Positions 63,300 through 64,000 of a stretch of 64,000 bases of DNA are shown here, in pieces. Origin of the DNA: Gemmatimonadota bacterium (GTDB lineage Bacteria > Gemmatimonadota > Gemmatimonadetes > JACCXV01 > JAHWKZ01). The stretch lies in the NCBI GenBank assembly GCA_039588915.1, contig JBDGYV010000004.1, positions 2,632 to 66,631 on the forward strand. The letters run 5' to 3'. Both the position numbers and the translations under genes were made by a program. Numbering within the stretch: the stretch's first letter is position 1; the number at the start of each line of letters is the position of its first letter. The notes under the pieces were generated by a model, which worked only from the letters and a program-made list of their open reading frames with translations, did not search any database and had not been told where the DNA came from.

Positions 63300-64000
63300 G
63301 TGGGGGGCACGGTTATCGTGGTCGCGATACCAGTTCTGATTGTAGCCTCAGCCCTGGTTCATCTCCCGACCGTGGCTTGGCACCGTTATCGCGCACCCGA
63401 ACGAACATCTATTATGATGTACCGCGCAGGTGAGGCCGAGGCCGGCAATGTCGATTGGGATCCGCGTTACAAATGGGTGCCACTCGAAGCGATCTCGCCG
63501 CATCTCCAGCGGGCAGTGCTGATCGGGGAAGACAGCCGGTTCTATGACCACGCCGGTTTTGATTATGAGGAGATTCGGTCGGCCTGGAACAGGTGGAGAC
63601 GTGGCGGGCGGTTGCGCGGCGCATCGACCATCAGCCAGCAAGCTGCCCGGAGCCTGTACCTGTCGCCGTCGCGAAACGCGTTTCGGAAGCTACGAGAGGC
63701 GGTGATCACTGTTGGGATGGAGATTATACTACCGAAGGATCGTATCTTTGAACTGTACCTCAACGTCGTCGAATGGGGACCTGGTATCTTTGGTGTGGAA
63801 GCGGCATCGCAAACCTATTTCAATCGACCGGCGTCTCAGTTGACTCGCCCGCAAGCGGCACTCTTGGCAGCCACGCTGCCAGCTCCACGTTCCTCCAACC
63901 CCGCTCGACCGACGCCTGGTCTTCGCCGTCGCCAGTGGCGCATCCTCGATCGGATGGAACGGTGGGACCAGCCTCCTGCACCTGCGGAGGAGCCTTCGCG
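63300..64000 (+). CDS. mtgA: Monofunctional biosynthetic peptidoglycan transglycosylase (partial, continues beyond the window)
   Basis: N-terminal TM helix, then GT51 motifs EDSRFYDHAGFD, GASTISQQ and RKLRE. No stop before position 64000. The start is uncertain (GTG 63300 or further upstream). Confidence 0.8.
   Translation, partial: MGGTVIVVAIPVLIVASALVHLPTVAWHRYRAPERTSIMMYRAGEAEAGNVDWDPRYKWVPLEAISPHLQRAVLIGEDSRFYDHAGFDYEEIRSAWNRWRRGGRLRGASTISQQAARSLYLSPSRNAFRKLREAVITVGMEIILPKDRIFELYLNVVEWGPGIFGVEAASQTYFNRPASQLTRPQAALLAATLPAPRSSNPARPTPGLRRRQWRILDRMERWDQPPAPAEEPS

Overview
This is a high-GC (about 65-67%) diderm bacterial chromosomal segment with Kdo/LPS genes, Lpt proteins, several TonB-dependent receptors and an RpoN-HPF-HprK module. 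It is densely coded, mostly on the + strand, and many adjacent genes overlap by 4 nt (ATGA/GTGA/TTGA), consistent with translational coupling.

Gene order, 5' to 3':
- 1-3.2 kb: uvrC 3' end, queG, an MBL-fold hydrolase and a XerC/D-family recombinase.
- 3.2-4.7 kb: an Omp85-like outer-membrane protein with an N-terminal beta-helical domain.
- 4.7-21.8 kb: one long co-directional array, kdsB-pyrG-kdsA-kdsC-kdsD-lptC-lptA-lptB-rpoN-hpf-hprK-PTS(EIIA/B/C/D Man family)-ptsH-ptsI-SIS PGI/PMI-sugar-1-P nucleotidyltransferase.
- 21.8-24.9 kb: metK, ahcY and a BFN nuclease.
- 25.0-33.7 kb: a clear cobalamin riboswitch with expression-platform terminator, controlling btuF-btuC-btuD, a TonB-dependent receptor, a beta-propeller lipoprotein (BtuG-like), a second TonB-dependent receptor and a BamE-like lipoprotein.
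- 33.7-39.5 kb: plsC, then a short leader-peptide ORF with an embedded intrinsic terminator overlapping the carA start, then carA, carB, HU and tRNA-Arg(CCG).
- 39.6-45.9 kb, downstream of the tRNA: an accessory-looking stretch with a coiled-coil lipoprotein, an M49/DPP-III-like Zn-peptidase lipoprotein, a class-III nucleotidyl-cyclase/NB-ARC-like ATPase/TPR signalling protein, a cupin-like secreted protein with a His/Asp-rich tail, and an FkbM methyltransferase.
- 45.9-52.3 kb: a structured ~650-nt intergenic region, then a TonB-dependent receptor, an ECF sigma factor, an anti-sigma factor, a GT2 polyprenyl-phosphate glycosyltransferase and an NAD-dependent epimerase.
- 52.4-58.5 kb: hypothetical hydrolase and membrane proteins with a wHTH regulator, then a small redox cluster (NDH-2 coupled to a membrane protein, a type-1 copper cupredoxin, a tandem-duplicated tetraheme cytochrome c).
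- 58.4-64.0 kb: a Kdo-kinase-family gene flanked by two SAM methyltransferases, a large LVIVD beta-propeller/Big_2 secreted protein, and the 5' part of mtgA.

No CRISPR array, integrase or transposase was recognised. The window is not ordinary core sequence throughout; the most interesting signals are the riboswitch-controlled B12 uptake locus with a BtuG-like propeller and two receptors, the leader-peptide/terminator attenuator in front of carAB, the sigma54-like element inside the rpoN promoter region, and the accessory stretch after tRNA-Arg.
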